DNA of 64,000 bases, from the NCBI RefSeq assembly GCF_037042905.1, contig NC_087252.1:19036001-19100000 (forward strand), read 5' to 3'. Shown here piece by piece: positions 50,350-62,820 of this stretch. Within the stretch, counting starts at the first letter, position 1. Each line of letters opens with the position of its first letter. The position numbers were made by a program, and so were the translations under genes. The DNA comes from Lytechinus pictus. Lineage: Eukaryota. Under the pieces are notes generated by a model, which was given only the letters and a program-made list of their open reading frames with translations, did no database searches and was not told the origin of the DNA.

Positions 50350-53300
50350 TATGTGTGTGTGTATGTGGGGTGTGTGTGTGTGTGTGTGTGTGTGAGCCTA
50401 TGTCACAAGAGTGATATCTTAATAGTCGGCAGCCATTTCATAAGTGTATAGTTGTTGTTTTTTAGACGCACTGTATATATATATATATATTTTGATTTGA
50501 TTTGATTTGATTTTTATTCACCAACGATAACAACATATTTACAGATGTTTACATATTACATTATTATGTCATGCATATAAATATTACAGAAATGAAACAT
50601 ACATGTATATGTTAAGAGCTGATAAAAGGGACCAGAAAATAGCACAAGTGCTAGTCGAGACTGGCCCCTACACATATTAGTAATATAGGCGAATATTGAA
50701 CTTTAAAGTATTTTTTTTTTTAAACACAACAAAAACAACAACTACAAAAAAACAAAATAAAATTATGAGTGTAACATTTTATGTTATATACAGAGCAATA
50801 TGATAAGTTATTGATTTAATAAATGATTTTGTAATGAATTCCTGAAATCGTTTCTGGATACGTTTAGTTTGATGGCTAATGGTACATTATTCCAGTAATC
50901 ACTTCCTAAGAAAGATAGAGAGAATTGTCCTTGAGTAGTCCGTAATTTTGGTAAATGTACTTGTCGACCTTCTTTTTGTCTTGTTGGGTATCTATGCTCT
51001 ATTACATCGCAATAATCTACTAAAGAGTGAGGTAAGTTATTATTACCCAGGTCATACATGAAGGTACATATAGATAAATTGTGCATTTCAAATACATATA
51101 GGATCTTTAAATTCTGAAATAATACACATGTATGAGCTCGCCACTCACTGAAAGTGATGGCACGTACTGCCATTTTTTGGGTGTAAAATATACAATTTAA
51201 GCTACTCTTGTAAGTACTCCCCACACATCGATTCCATAAGTTATGTGTGGCTCTATGAATGCCTTGTATAATAATACTAATGTATATTTTGGTACAAAAT
51301 GTCGCAACCGAACTACTCAAAAAAAGTTAAGGACCACTTTTTAATGTGTGTATACAATTTTCAAACCGGGTGTTGTATTTCTAGAAATACCCGAATATGG
51401 CTGTCTTGAATCTCCTCAAACACCCTGTAACAATTTCACACATGGGTGGTTTCAGTTGTTGCATGATGTCTCTCGCATTATTGCATATCCTGAAAAGTGG
51501 GCCCATTGTGAAGTGGTACAAATGTGGATTCAAATGCATTTTCTGTCTTTAGTCTCTACAATCAACAAATTGCTGACAACAGCAATGCCAAGATACAGCT
51601 GTCCAGGATGCCATCAAACACAATGAAATCAATTTCACACATGCAGTTCTTTCATGTCTCTTGCATCATTGCAATGTGCCCGTACAAAAGTGGCTTCCAA
51701 AGCATTTTCTGTCTTTAGTCTCTACAATCAACAACTTGCTGACAATAGCAATGCCAAGATACAGCTGTCCAGAATGCCATCAAACACAATGACATCAATT
51801 TCACACATGCAGTTCTTTCATGATGTCTCTGGCATCATTGCAGTGGGCCATAAGACAAGTGTCTTCCAAAGAATTTTCCGTCTTTAGTCTGTACAATCAA
51901 CAACTTGCCTACAACAGCAATGCCAAGACACCACCTAAGTGAAACAGATGTAGCCAGAGCCCTAGGGATGCTGGAAGCTGGCCTCAGTCAGCGAAGAGTA
52001 GCCAGAATGATGGGCGTGTCACACAGTGTCATTAGCAGAGCAAATCAAAGACACCGAGAGACAGGGCTATACTCCGAGAGACCCCGCAGTGGCCGACCAG
52101 TTTCGACAACCCCTAGAGATGATCGCTACTTGACGAATCTCAGCCTCCGCAACCGCTTTCACAGTGCACGCCGCCTCAACAATGACTTCGCTGCAGCAAC
52201 TGGAGTGATTGTTTCCACTCAAACAATCCGTAACCGACTTCACAGAGCCAATATGCATGCCAGACGGCCAGCTCAGTGTGTCCCACTCACCCCTGCTCAC
52301 AGAAGAATTCGTCTCAACTGGGCCCGGGAGCATGTCAGATGGACCAGACAGCAATGGCGTAGAGTTCTGTTCACAGATGAGAGCAGATTTTCCCTTGACC
52401 ACAATGATGGACGTTCGAGAGTCTGGAGGCGACCAGGAGAGAGATTTGCAGACCCCTGTATTGCAGAACATGACCGTTATGGGGGAGGCAGCGTCATGGT
52501 GTGGGGAGGCATCACCTACGCCAACCGTACTCGTCTCTACGTGGTCCCAGGGGGAGCAATGACAGGAGTGAGGTACAGGGATGAGGTCCTTGAACCTATA
52601 GTGGTGCCATTTGCAGAAAATGTGGGACAAAACATCATTTTCATGGATGACAATGCCCGTGCCCACCGAGCTAGGGTGGTGACCGAGTTCCTTGAGGGCC
52701 AGGGGATTGAGCGTATGGAGTGGCCAGCGAGGTCCCCGGACTTAAACCCGATAGAGCACGTCTGGGACATGATGGGGAGGAGTCTCGAGCAGCTCGAAGC
52801 CCATCCACTTGGACTGCAGCAGCTGGGTGTGGCTCTGGAGGCTGCATGGGATGCACTGGACGTCAGAGACATCAATCGCCTCATCAGCTCCATGAGACAG
52901 CGCTGTGAAGCCGTTATTGCTGCAGGAGGTGGTCACACTCGTTACTGAACTGCCTGAAAGACACTCAGACATTCGTTTTTACCACTTCATGTCGGTAGCT
53001 GATACCCCTCGGGGCCCACTTTTCAGGATGTGTAGTGATGCGAGAGACATTGTGCAACAACTGAAACCACCCATGCGTGAAATTGATTACAGCGTGTTTA
53101 AGGACATTTAGGACAGTTGTACTGAGGTATTTCCAGAAATAAAACACCTTGTATAAAATCTTTATGTACGTTTTAAAAAGTGGTCCTTAACTTTTTTTGA
53201 GTAGTGTATATATATATGTAGGCCATATTCCCCCCCCCCCCCCTTATTAAAATCCATTGCATTATTAGTGGACTGTATTATGTTCGAAATGTTAATGATT

Positions 53301-55844
53301 GCAGGGCTCCCTTTAAAGCAGGTCTCAAGCTTGAATGAAACTACCCTGGAAAGGGGGACGAATGACTAAATCACCATCTTCATCACAAACATCACCGTCA
53401 CAGCACCATCACTATCATCAACATTATCAGCATGATGATCACCTTCACCACCATCATCACCTCAACCATCACACATTCACCATCATGATAGCACCGGTAG
53501 CATCTCCACCACCACCATCATTATCATCATAATGATCCTCATTTTACCAAGCTTACCCCGTCTGGTTCCCGAACAATGAGGGGACCAAAGAGACCATCAG
53601 ACCGCTGAAAACCTGTATGAGAGTGCCACCAGTGGGTGCCCGTCCGATCGGCAACGAAGTCATAAGTGAACGAGGAGAATGGCGTAATTGGGCATTGTGT
53701 GATCAGGGTGGCGCCATCCATGTACGGAGTGTTTCGTTGGAGAAGGCCGTGCCAGTGGATCGAAACGCCTTCGCCATCGTTGAGTTTGTTGTGGACTTCT
53801 ACGATGATGCGATCACCCTTGCAAACCTGGCGTATGACATACATGTAATCAAGCACACGTTTTAATGTTTCTGTCTGCCTTATCTTACGAAGTGTGTCAT
53901 TCGAATCAGGCGATTATTCACACTCTGGCTTCCTAAAACAGTCAAACTTTTCTATAAAGGATACCCAAGGGAAACCGAAAAAGTGGCTACCGTAGACAGA
54001 TGGCCTTTAATAATAGTTTAATCGGAAAGAGCTTTGATTGCCACCAGAGACGTGCTTTTACTAAAGGTAGGTGACCACTTAGACAGATTTGACTGTAGAA
54101 GTAGTAAAAGTCGTAGCCTATGACATGTATGAGACAAGCCACAGTGACTCCAAAACCATCGACACGCTTCAGAAAATAAATTTAAAAAGATATTTAACCA
54201 TTCCTAATCTTTAAAATGATATCTAACTTGTCAAAAGTGATCAATAATAACCCACACAACTACGTAATCAAATGTTGAAGAAAGTTGGTGAGACCTTCAA
54301 AGAATAAGGAAAAAATAATCACGAGATGTGCACAGTGTACGATCTCAGAGGAGCTTCCAAGAAGTCGGGGGGAATGGTGTAAATTCTGTATCTCGTCTTT
54401 TATCGCATTTTACATCTTTAAATTTTGTCTATGTCAAGAACAAAAATTATCATTTCGATAACCTATTTTTAAATTTTCACTTTTTGAAATAAAATGCATA
54501 TTTTGGCTATTATAGAGAACCTGTCCAGGCGAGTTATTGTTGAGTTTGGGTTTAGTCACAAAGGGTCTTTGTTAGCACAGGCCTTCTGGGCTCAGATCTT
54601 TTACTTATTCTACAAGACTCGTGAATCATCTTGTCAGCGATTGCCATTGGCTAACTTGTACTTAGCCAATCAGATGCAATGATTTCAGTAGCTTATAACA
54701 AATAGTCAATGAATTTTACTGACTCTTTGTTTCATGAAATGCTTTCAAGTTTATTTCAATCTCTCCATAAAAGGAGTGTGTTTCATAGGAAATGTTTAAC
54801 AAACTTAAGAATTTAATTCGTACTTTAGGAGACCATGGGGGTGTTTCACAAAGATTTGAGTATGACGTAGAGTCACACTTAAATGCCTATCTACGTGCGG
54901 TATAACAGACATGACCACATTGGTCAGATCATGCAAATAGGACGCTCACTACTGCGTATTGATCATTAAGATTGCGCGTTGCATATCATGTAAGCGTCCG
55001 CATATAAGTGCAACTGTAGGTCATACTTAAATCTTTGTGAAACACCCCCAGGTATATTTAATAATTCCATATTGTGCTCCTTTACCCGTAAACATTTGAA
55101 CTAAAATTTATTGTCTATCATTACCTGAACAACCTATGTTGTCATGTCTTGTCAAGCTAATTTATCTAATTGAGAAAAAAATGATATTTAATGTGCCACC
55201 AATAATTTCCAAGTTAATTTTTGTTTACATGTCAGCAATTTAATGTACTATTAGTATTTCAGGTTCGAGCTGAAAGGTTATAAAATTCAAATAAGCAGAC
55301 CGCCTTTTGCCCCAATACTTCACCACGATATTTTATGATTTTTTTGTTATCATAGATTATTTAGTTTAGACGAGAAACTTCTTGCTATTTTGTAGTGTTC
55401 TTTGTGTTGGAAATGAATGAATAGTGTTTGGTTTTCAAATTCAATTAAGTGAATGTATATTAATATGATTTTCATCTGTTTTGACGACTAATTTGATTCG
55501 GAAAGGAATGTCCATGGAAATTATGACATATTTTTTTCATAATTGCTTTTTTTTCTTATTGAAAATTCATTCTGTTACAGCGGCTTATGCTTTAATCTTT
55601 CCTGAATGGAATCAATTTTAGAGAGGGTTTTTGCTCTCAATGTACGAAGGGTTCAAGAACACAGCAAATGTAATAAAAATGCCTGTCAAGTAACAAGGAT
55701 CAGAAAAAAGTCTTTGTCGAAAATTGGTTAACCCGAACTGCAGTTTCGGAGCTGACGAAAAAAATTAAATATTTGGTTGGTCCAGAGTCGAGGGAAAAGC
55801 TGCTGTTTTGGTTCATCCATTTCGATTAAGGCTTTTATTTATTT

Positions 55845-55909
<65 letters not shown>

Positions 55910-56276
55910 TTCATTTCCAGGCAAAAGACAACAAGAATAAGTACAAGAAGAAGAAATTACCACCGACTAGTGCCTGAGGTTGGTCTTTGTCATAAATTGA
56001 AGTGTATTTGACAAAACAATTTCTATGTTCTTGAAGCCTCCTTTAGTCGCAGAGCAAAAAAGGTTTTTATTTTCGCAGTCGCACTAACAAAACCAAATGT
56101 GATGCGAACGATGGTTGGCCATCAGTAGAACTTAATAGCTTTGACCGGTATGGATTCGGTTCCATTGGTATGATTGGGATCGTGGTGATATGAGAAAAGG
56201 AAATTCCACGATCTCTATCTGCCTCTTCCCCCCCCCCCCCTCCTCCTTTTCTTTTTGTTTCTTTCTCTCTCTCTCC

Positions 56277-56324
<48 letters not shown>

Positions 56325-56560
56325 TCTCTCTCTCTCACACTCTCTCACCTCAATTGCTGGACCAGGAAGCTGGCGATTGGCCACAACGATTGGGCGACGG
56401 AATCCATCGGCCGCCACGCACCGTTCGCGTTCGCAGTCACTCTGATTGCAGGGGCAGTTGAAACAAGCTCTCGACATCGTTGAATACCATTCGATGTCGA
56501 AGGTATATCGACAAGTCATCGGTTCCGACGCGACGCATTCTCGGAAACATTCGTGATGTT
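38343..56560 (-). CDS. Laccase / multicopper oxidase (insect laccase-1/MCO1-like), membrane-anchored; 10 exons, N-terminal exon(s) not identified; ~664 aa visible
   Basis: Exons 56560-56349, 53826-53557, 50049-49819, 46713-46559, 45798-45563, 44685-44624, 42460-42254, 41643-41499, 39938-39796, 38678-38343; GT-AG with matching phases. Copper motifs [28 protein letters not shown]; Cys-rich N-terminus; C-terminal TM. Confidence 0.95.
39796..39938 (-). CDS. Laccase exon: HCH motif
   Basis: PPEKDTV...[26 protein letters not shown]. Confidence 0.96.
40045..40308 (-). mobile_element. tRNA-derived SINE (degenerate)
   Basis: Reverse strand has a B box (ggttcgattcc) followed by cagcaagaaatttacccacattgtgctgcactcaacccaggtg, matching the core of the copy at 46820. 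Confidence 0.7.
41499..41643 (-). CDS. Laccase exon: HPFHLHG motif
   Basis: [10 protein letters not shown]...[14 protein letters not shown]. Confidence 0.95.
41845..42110. repeat. (TAG)n microsatellite
   Basis: Long imperfect gtagta run. Confidence 0.97.
42254..42460 (-). CDS. Laccase exon
   Basis: [28 protein letters not shown]...[18 protein letters not shown]. Confidence 0.9.
42554..42805. mobile_element. MITE with GGGCCC termini
   Basis: gggccccgtcttacaaagagttacaattgatc...gatcaatcgcaattctttgtaagatagggccc; ~50-bp imperfect TIRs. Confidence 0.8.
44624..44685 (-). CDS. Laccase short exon (62 bp)
   Basis: tttag|AA AAT...GAA|gtaagt; [21 protein letters not shown]. It bridges the phase-1 donor upstream to the phase-0 acceptor downstream. 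Confidence 0.75.
45563..45798 (-). CDS. Laccase exon
   Basis: YDVVLNA...NYWMK...AIIRYSGA...ITVNELVAI. Confidence 0.9.
46559..46713 (-). CDS. Laccase exon: cupredoxin domain 2 (not in ORF track)
   Basis: [10 protein letters not shown]...[32 protein letters not shown]. Confidence 0.94.
46820..47120 (+). mobile_element. tRNA-derived SINE
   Basis: ggagcgttgtggcgcagtgg (A box)...ggttcgaatc (B box), conserved core, A/T-rich tail. Confidence 0.75.
47420..49040 (+). mobile_element. 5'-truncated L1/Tx1-clade LINE (C-terminal ORF2 with CCHC zinc knuckle, and 3' UTR)
   Basis: [10 protein letters not shown]...GGLKMIDF...LPKFY...LREFQFK...[18 protein letters not shown]; frame open from 47420 to 48652; AATAAA near 49032. 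Confidence 0.9.
49305..49770. mobile_element. Degenerate Kolobok-type MITE
   Basis: Similar by eye to 58007-58600 (aatgctgaaa...gttattgaatttt...tttagcaatatttt; tgacat.atca). Confidence 0.55.
49819..50049 (-). CDS. Laccase exon
   Basis: [24 protein letters not shown]...ILINGK...EVFEVEE. Confidence 0.93.
50491..51310 (-). mobile_element. 3' fragment of a CR1/L2-group LINE
   Basis: [22 protein letters not shown]...[12 protein letters not shown]...FMY...YPTRQ...WN resembles the C-terminus of the LINE at 35.4-36.1 kb; (TCAAA)n tail at 50491-50512. Confidence 0.85.
51312..53206 (+). mobile_element. Tc1-family DNA transposon, full length, ~190-bp imperfect TIRs
   Basis: ACTACTCAAAAAAAGTTAAGGACCACTTTTTAA...TTAAAAAGTGGTCCTTAACTTTTTTTGAGTAGTG|TA. 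The left terminal C and TA are missing at the junction with the adjacent LINE. Confidence 0.93.
51920..52948 (+). CDS. Tc1 transposase, intact ORF, 342 aa, DD34E
   Basis: HTH and GRP motif; [37 protein letters not shown]; 34 residues counted between the second D and E. Confidence 0.96.
   Translation: MPRHHLSETDVARALGMLEAGLSQRRVARMMGVSHSVISRANQRHRETGLYSERPRSGRPVSTTPRDDRYLTNLSLRNRFHSARRLNNDFAAATGVIVSTQTIRNRLHRANMHARRPAQCVPLTPAHRRIRLNWAREHVRWTRQQWRRVLFTDESRFSLDHNDGRSRVWRRPGERFADPCIAEHDRYGGGSVMVWGGITYANRTRLYVVPGGAMTGVRYRDEVLEPIVVPFAENVGQNIIFMDDNARAHRARVVTEFLEGQGIERMEWPARSPDLNPIEHVWDMMGRSLEQLEAHPLGLQQLGVALEAAWDALDVRDINRLISSMRQRCEAVIAAGGGHTRY
53557..53826 (-). CDS. Laccase exon: cupredoxin domain 1
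   Basis: [13 protein letters not shown]...SIHWHG...MDG...TQCPI...GTHWWHSH...[12 protein letters not shown]. Confidence 0.96.
53939..54095. mobile_element. Short Tc1/pogo-type MITE
   Basis: cagtcaaacttttctataaagg...cacttagacagatttgactg|ta. Confidence 0.5.
54837..55049. mobile_element. MITE
   Basis: gggggtgtttcacaaagatttgagtatgac...gtcatacttaaatctttgtgaaacaccccc. Confidence 0.85.
56349..56560 (-). CDS. Laccase exon: Cys-rich N-terminal region
   Basis: HECFREC...[27 protein letters not shown]...[24 protein letters not shown]. Confidence 0.92.
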
Positions 56561-58006
56561 CTGAAGGTGAAGAGAATTAGAGTGAAACATAGGAAAGAAA
56601 ATATAGAGTCAAGGGACTTTTATGGACACTATATTATCTTCTAAGAGCCGATCCAAGAGCCCATGGAAGAACAGAGTAATTGTGATAATGACTCTGAAAT
56701 GGGCAATCCTTTCGATTATTTTATCTATTCAACATATTTGCAATTAATTTTGTTTATTTCAATTGATGCCATCTATGTTATTTATTTATGCTATATATAT
56801 TTATGTATTGTGTTTTTAATGATCGGAAAATAAATAAACAGAAGAAAACAAAAAATCTCTGTGATGTGGTTTCTTGATTTGATAGAGGCACTGGCGTCCA
56901 GATAGAGGAATAGGGACCATCCCCCCCCCCCCCCCAACGTAAAAAAAATGTTTCACGACGAAGAAAAGAATAGAAAAAAACATTAAAGGAAAGGAAAAAG
57001 GAGACAAATTGCATTATTTTCTGAAAATTTGGTGTCTAAATCAATCAAAAAATTAGATCTGTCACTCTTCAATTTTTCGCGGCCTTATAGAACGTTTGCC
57101 CCATATTCTGTGCCCGGTTCCATCGATTTGTTTGTTCATGACACCACTGAAACAGAGTTTAGTTGATTTCTTTAAAAAAAAACTACTAGCCAAAATTTGT
57201 TTCCATTGTCTTGCTATCATTTATCTTAATCGATTTCATGTGTGTCATAAGGAGAGTTGACAAACAAGAATATAATTTTATTCGCCTTAAAAGTTGAGTA
57301 AATCTACCCAAATGGTAAAAAGAAAAATGCATCCTTGTTGGGTAAAAAAAAAGTTACATATAAGACGAAACGCATGTTGTTTTGATAGAATTCAACGCTA
57401 ATTTTGGTAATATTTTTACACAGTATTTGGTATCATTTCACCCAATAAACATGCATGTTCCCTTTTCATTTGGGCAAAACTTTTTTAAAAGAGCCCCTAC
57501 ATCGTATCCATATGAGATGTAATTTTCCGTCTCATATGTTCATATCCTCATTCCTCACTTTGATAAACATCAAGACTATTCACATGTACATTTTATGGGA
57601 TAACTGACCCTTTCCTTTTCTATAGACCTTACGTATTCACGTCATCGTTCCGCCATCTTAGAGGCTGAATTCATTGCTTTGTATGATATTTGTATGTATG
57701 GTGATCTGCAGCTGGCGCATCTCTGACAGCATCGTTTACGCGTATTCTTATATCCTCTATCCTCTGAGCAATGGCAATATGAGATTATTGCGTCATTATT
57801 ATTCCAAAGTAAACAAACATTTAGAAAAGTATATTATTTCAGCCGTATTGAATTCATGTTTATGAAGTTTTTTTAATCATTTTGCGTGTTGGATGGGTGT
57901 GTGTGCGTGTACCTAAAAAAGTATGTGAGTGGTTTTGCGTTAAAATGTTTATGGGGTTATGTGCAGGTGCATGGGTTTGCGTATGCGTTTGCGTGCGTGT
58001 TTTTAA

Positions 58007-58600
58007 AGCGGTACTCCGGGCTGAAAATATTTATATATAAATAAATAGAGTAAAATTCCCAGAGCTAAATGCTGAAAATTTCATCAAAATCGGAAAAATA
58101 ACGAAGTTATTGAATTTAAAGTTTAGCAATATTTTGTAAAAATAGGTATATGCACGTCATCATAAATATTCAGTAGGTGGGCTGATGATGTCACATGCCC
58201 ACTTTCCTTTTTCCTATGTTATTACATGAAATCATAATTGTTTCATTTTTTCATACATGATTAAATAATGTGTCTCCTTTGTAATGCAATAACTTGCAGC
58301 AATGGATGTACTTAATCAGTCGTCAATCCAATTCTTTTCAGTTCTTGGTAGAAAAACTTTGAATAAACCTAATTTCATATAATAAAATACAAAAGAAAAA
58401 GTGGGGATATGACATCATCAAGTTGCTCACTGAGTATTCATGAAAACACGCCTAGAACTTTTTCACCGGAATAATGCAAATCTTTAAAATGCCATAACTT
58501 TGTTATTCCTAGTCCGATTTTGATCAAATTTTCAGTGTTTTGTTTGTCTGATTTTTCTTTATCTGTTTAAATCATATTATTCTCAGCCCGGAGCATTATT
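58007..58600. mobile_element. Kolobok-type non-autonomous element (TTAA flanks)
   Basis: ttaa|agcggtactccgggctgaaaata...tattctcagcccggagcattatt|ttaa, with internal inverted tgaaaatttcatcaaaatcgg / ccgattttgatcaaattttca. Confidence 0.75.
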
Positions 58601-60667
58601 TTAAGTGCGTGTGTGTGTAATTGAGAAACCATATGCATATGTGCGTGCGTGTGTATATTTTAGTGTGAAGTTATGGAAGTCAAATTTACAGCAAGTGATA
58701 TTTCAATTATAATACAAGGTCAAACGAAGATGATTGTTCATGTTCTGCATATTGTGTATTCCTTGCAATAACAAAAGCTTCACACATTCCAAAACGTTTT
58801 CATCGGCACTCATGTATAGGAGCAGAGGGAAATATGTTTGGAACCTTGAACAGACATTTTATTAACTATTTGTCCTTTTAAAGATATAGGTTAGCATTAC
58901 AAATTATTTACACACACAAAAATCCGACATATGATTTACGTTGCATTTAATAAAAAAAATTCATGCAAACACTTTTAATAGCTCTCACTGATTATATATC
59001 ATGTATCAATTAGAGATGGTGTTTTACGTCACCTTTTCACTTTTTGAAACACTAAATTATGATTTTTGGGGGGTCCACACTTTTCACAGGGGCTTCATAT
59101 CTACAGCATATCACAGGCACGGGTAAGAGTTTTATAAGTCAAATCAATGTTAGCCAATGCATTTGACAGTTTTGGCAAATTCCCCTCAGCTAGGCCAGGG
59201 TGACAGCATCTTCATGCTTTCATCTGTATTATATTTTTAGTTTGTTATTCCACTAAGCCTAATAATTATTGCTTGCTGTGATTACCCCGTCCACCCCCCC
59301 CCCCCCCCACACACACACACATTGATACATAAATGTCGCTCACAACAAATCCTTAGAATGCTCTCAATGTCATTTAGATCTGATCCTGTAAGAAATGCAC
59401 AAAAATCGGTACTATCAACAGTATACACAGATATAAAAGGTTTTTTACAATCTTTTTTTTATAAGTGATTCTTTTGGGGAACATATTGTCTGTATCATAA
59501 GAAGATTGTTATCAGTTGGATGCAGAAACAGGGGGCACCGCCATTAGAAGTTGAGACCAAGCTTCTTCACGAACTTTCAAAATGGACCTGACACACAAGT
59601 TCTCATGCTTCTATCTCAGAGTTCCGCTAAGAGGGCCTTTAGTACCCTAAACAGGTCCCCCCCCTACCCTGAATGATGCCTCAAATATTTTATCTGCATA
59701 ATATGGTCACATGTGTACCCTTTTCACCTTTCCAGGTTGAGAAGTATACCCTTTTGAGCAGGGGTGCGATTGCCTGAGGGAAGGGCTAAGAATATGAAGA
59801 TGGACTAAATTATTCCGAGAATTAGGAAGAATACTTTAATTCAATTTCTATTCATAGTTTATTAAAAAGGACATGTCCTGCAGCAAAAACAGAATTGCAC
59901 ATGCTTCACAAGGTCTCAATTTAAATATAATTTTATAATTGAAATCATTCGCATAGACATTGCACACAAAAAACATCTAGCAGCACATATTGTAAGAAAT
60001 TACATGAAATAATTCAATGTAAGCAATAATCATTGGATCTAAGAATAGTGTGATCTGCCTACGTATCGAACAACTAGGAAGATCAAGTAAACAGTTGGCT
60101 GAACAGAGAAAGAAAAGTCAGAAACCGCAAGAAATTAAACAACAAAAATGAAATAACAAGTACGTTATTACGAATGATACCGAATTTCGAGGAACAATCC
60201 ATTCTCCTGGGGGTTTGAAATGTTGTATAGAATCCGTGTTCCACGTCAATGGCCTTTTGGCGTGGAAGGAGTGGGTTCGCGAGATAAGTCATTATGCAGT
60301 ATGTACAATGATATGCTTAATCGTGACTTTGTTCAAGTTTAAGATAATGATAATGTAGCAAACAAATATGTACATTTCATTTCATTTCGTTTATTTTCAT
60401 TTTAACGTTTTACTTTACAATGTAATGTTTGGTTTCAATTCATTTTTTTCAATTCAATTCATTTATTTTCTCTTTCAATCTTTTTACATTTACAATGATA
60501 GTTCAATATACATATTTACAAAATATAACATTTAAATCATTTTTTATAATACAATAATACCATGAAATCGAAAGGGAAGGAGACCAACTAAAAAGCAGAG
60601 CTTGTAGGGTGAAGGCCCCCTTTTATAAGTAAATTTTATGAATAAAAAATAAGATGGTTTGGTCCAT

Positions 60668-61090
60668 CCGGGGGGGGCACTCAGTATATAATGTATAGTG
60701 GGTATGTGCCGCGGAGAGGACCCCCATTTTTACACTCAAATTTCCGTTCCAAGGCATAGCATTTTTATCCTGCCGCAATGATCTGCTAAAATTAGCTGCA
60801 TTTTTGGTGAAAAGCGGCCGCAGAGCGCTGTCCGACCATCGCCTCTGCGCGAGCGCACCCGGCGCCCGTGCTATCTGCATGCACGTATGCCCGTTCCATA
60901 GGGATGCATACGCACTCACATGCAGGCGACCCGTTCCAAGGACCCCCGTTTTCACAAACATTTGTAGTTCCGAAGCCCGTTCCGAGGACCCTCCTTTTTA
61001 CAATAAGCCCGCTCCAGAGCCCCCGTTTTTTGTCTCGCCCGCGGCACATACCCACCATTGGTCGAGTACCCCCCCCCCCCCCCCCCCCGG
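60668..61090. mobile_element. GC-rich MITE with CCGG(G)n termini and 5-bp TSD
   Basis: tccat|ccggggggggcactc...gtgggtatgtgccgcgg ... ccgcggcacatacccac...gagtac(c)n gg|tccat. Confidence 0.85.
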
Positions 61091-61879
61091 TCCATCTAGA
61101 TATAAGCAATAAAACATACTGTACAGATCAGGTCCATCTTTTAATACTAAACAGATGCTCTCTTTCAGAATGTAACCTACCTTTCATAGGTGAAGCCAAA
61201 GTCGATTGGATGAAGTTCCGATCTGTAGAATCTAACGTGAAGTTTCGTACACAGTTCTCTGGCGAAAAAAAAAACAAAGTTTTAATGTGAATTTTGTCAT
61301 GCTCAGAAAAGTCACACTCGTCAAAACATGTCATTTCAATATTAAAGTAATATGTTCTGGATCCCCCTTCGCCCCCAGTTTCCTAAATATTTCTGTTCAC
61401 TTTGTGAACTGCTCAAGTCATGGCGAATTCAGAGCATTCAAAAATTTATAGGAACGAGAAAACCGTGGGTTACTAATGGCTAATAGACCCCTCCCCCCAT
61501 TGCCATACTACCATCCACTCAGGAACACTGCTCGCATATGAACTTGCGGCCCTAAAGTCATTAAGTTCATTAAAACAGGAAAAATTAATTTCAAAATGGT
61601 CCCACATATGGGGCGTCGGAAGTATAACCTTGAACCTTGAAGAAGTACTCTCCGAAAAAGCGTACATGCTGTTCTGGAGAGGGATGTGCTGTGTTATGTG
61701 CTGCCAGTGCTTCAGGTGATGTGGTGATCCTGTGGTGGTATTCTTGGTGCACTATATACAGTGTTATAGGTGCAGTGTACGGGTGGTGCGTGTGTGTCCC
61801 TCTTCCAGCTTCTTAACGGGAAGGGGGGGCAACATTTTTTAATGATAGGCAATGTTGCCCCGGAAGGTGAGAGGTTGAA

Positions 61880-62820
61880 GTTACAGCCGCGTTTTGGAGC
61901 TAGAGTATACCAAATACGGAAGGCTCTTGGGAACATACTGTACATGTAGAAATTCACTCTACAAAAAGGCTGGGTGTACTTGAGGTGGTGTCCAGTGTGT
62001 TGTGAATGTTGTGGACGAGAATTGCTGCTTAGCTTAATCTGATGTGGCATGCTGATGTTAACAAAATTTGTGATGACTTTTGCAGAACATCTCACATTGG
62101 CTAAGAAGGTGTCTGTCTTGGAGAGTATCCCAGTGAAGAGTTGACAATATCGTGTTACGCTGGATTCTCTGCTCATGAAGGACAAACCTTAGCACCCTGA
62201 CGCTGAATGTTCTCAATAATGTTTTCATCTTTCTGTATGTGAGGACTCCGTGCACATGACGCATACTCAAGCTTAGATCTGACAAGTTGCTTTTACGCAA
62301 TGTCTCTCACTTTCAGGTCACATTTACCCAAGGCACGACGAACGATTCCAAGAGTACGAGCAGCTTTGGAGGATATCTTCTGTGCATTGGAGTTCCGACT
62401 CAGGTTGTCTGTGATGGTCACAACGAGGTATTTACAGGAGGGTGCCGTTTGAACAGGTTGGTCACTGATAGTTAAGTTGCAAGCCAAGGATTGTCGTATC
62501 AAAGAGATCACATGTGGGCACACTTCTTGACATTAAAGGACATATCCCACAGTTTTGCCCAATCCGATAATGTTTAAAGATCTGAGAATTGCGTGGCCAC
62601 CTCTTGTCTCTACCTTGCGATACAACACACAGTTATCAGCAAAGAGTCTGATTGGTGATGAGATGAATTCACAGATGTTATTGATGTACATCAGGAATAA
62701 TACCGGCGCAAGTACTGAGCCTTGCGGCACGCCTGAGAGAACACTGGCTCGCGGTGAGGATTTTCCATCATTATGAACTGACTGAGATCTGCCCGATAGG
62801 AAAGCTTTTATCTAACCTTG
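61880..62820 (-). mobile_element. Degenerate non-LTR retrotransposon RT fragment (RTE-X-like)
   Basis: PQGSVLAPVLFLMYINNI...IRLFADNCVLYR; KYL.VTITDNLS...SSKAARTLGIVRRAL; YSMFPRAFRIW; multiple stops and frameshifts. Confidence 0.85.

Noticed and set aside
52067..52972. Antisense and alternate-frame ORFs over the transposase
   Set aside because: Shadow ORFs of a GC-richer coding sequence; no motifs.
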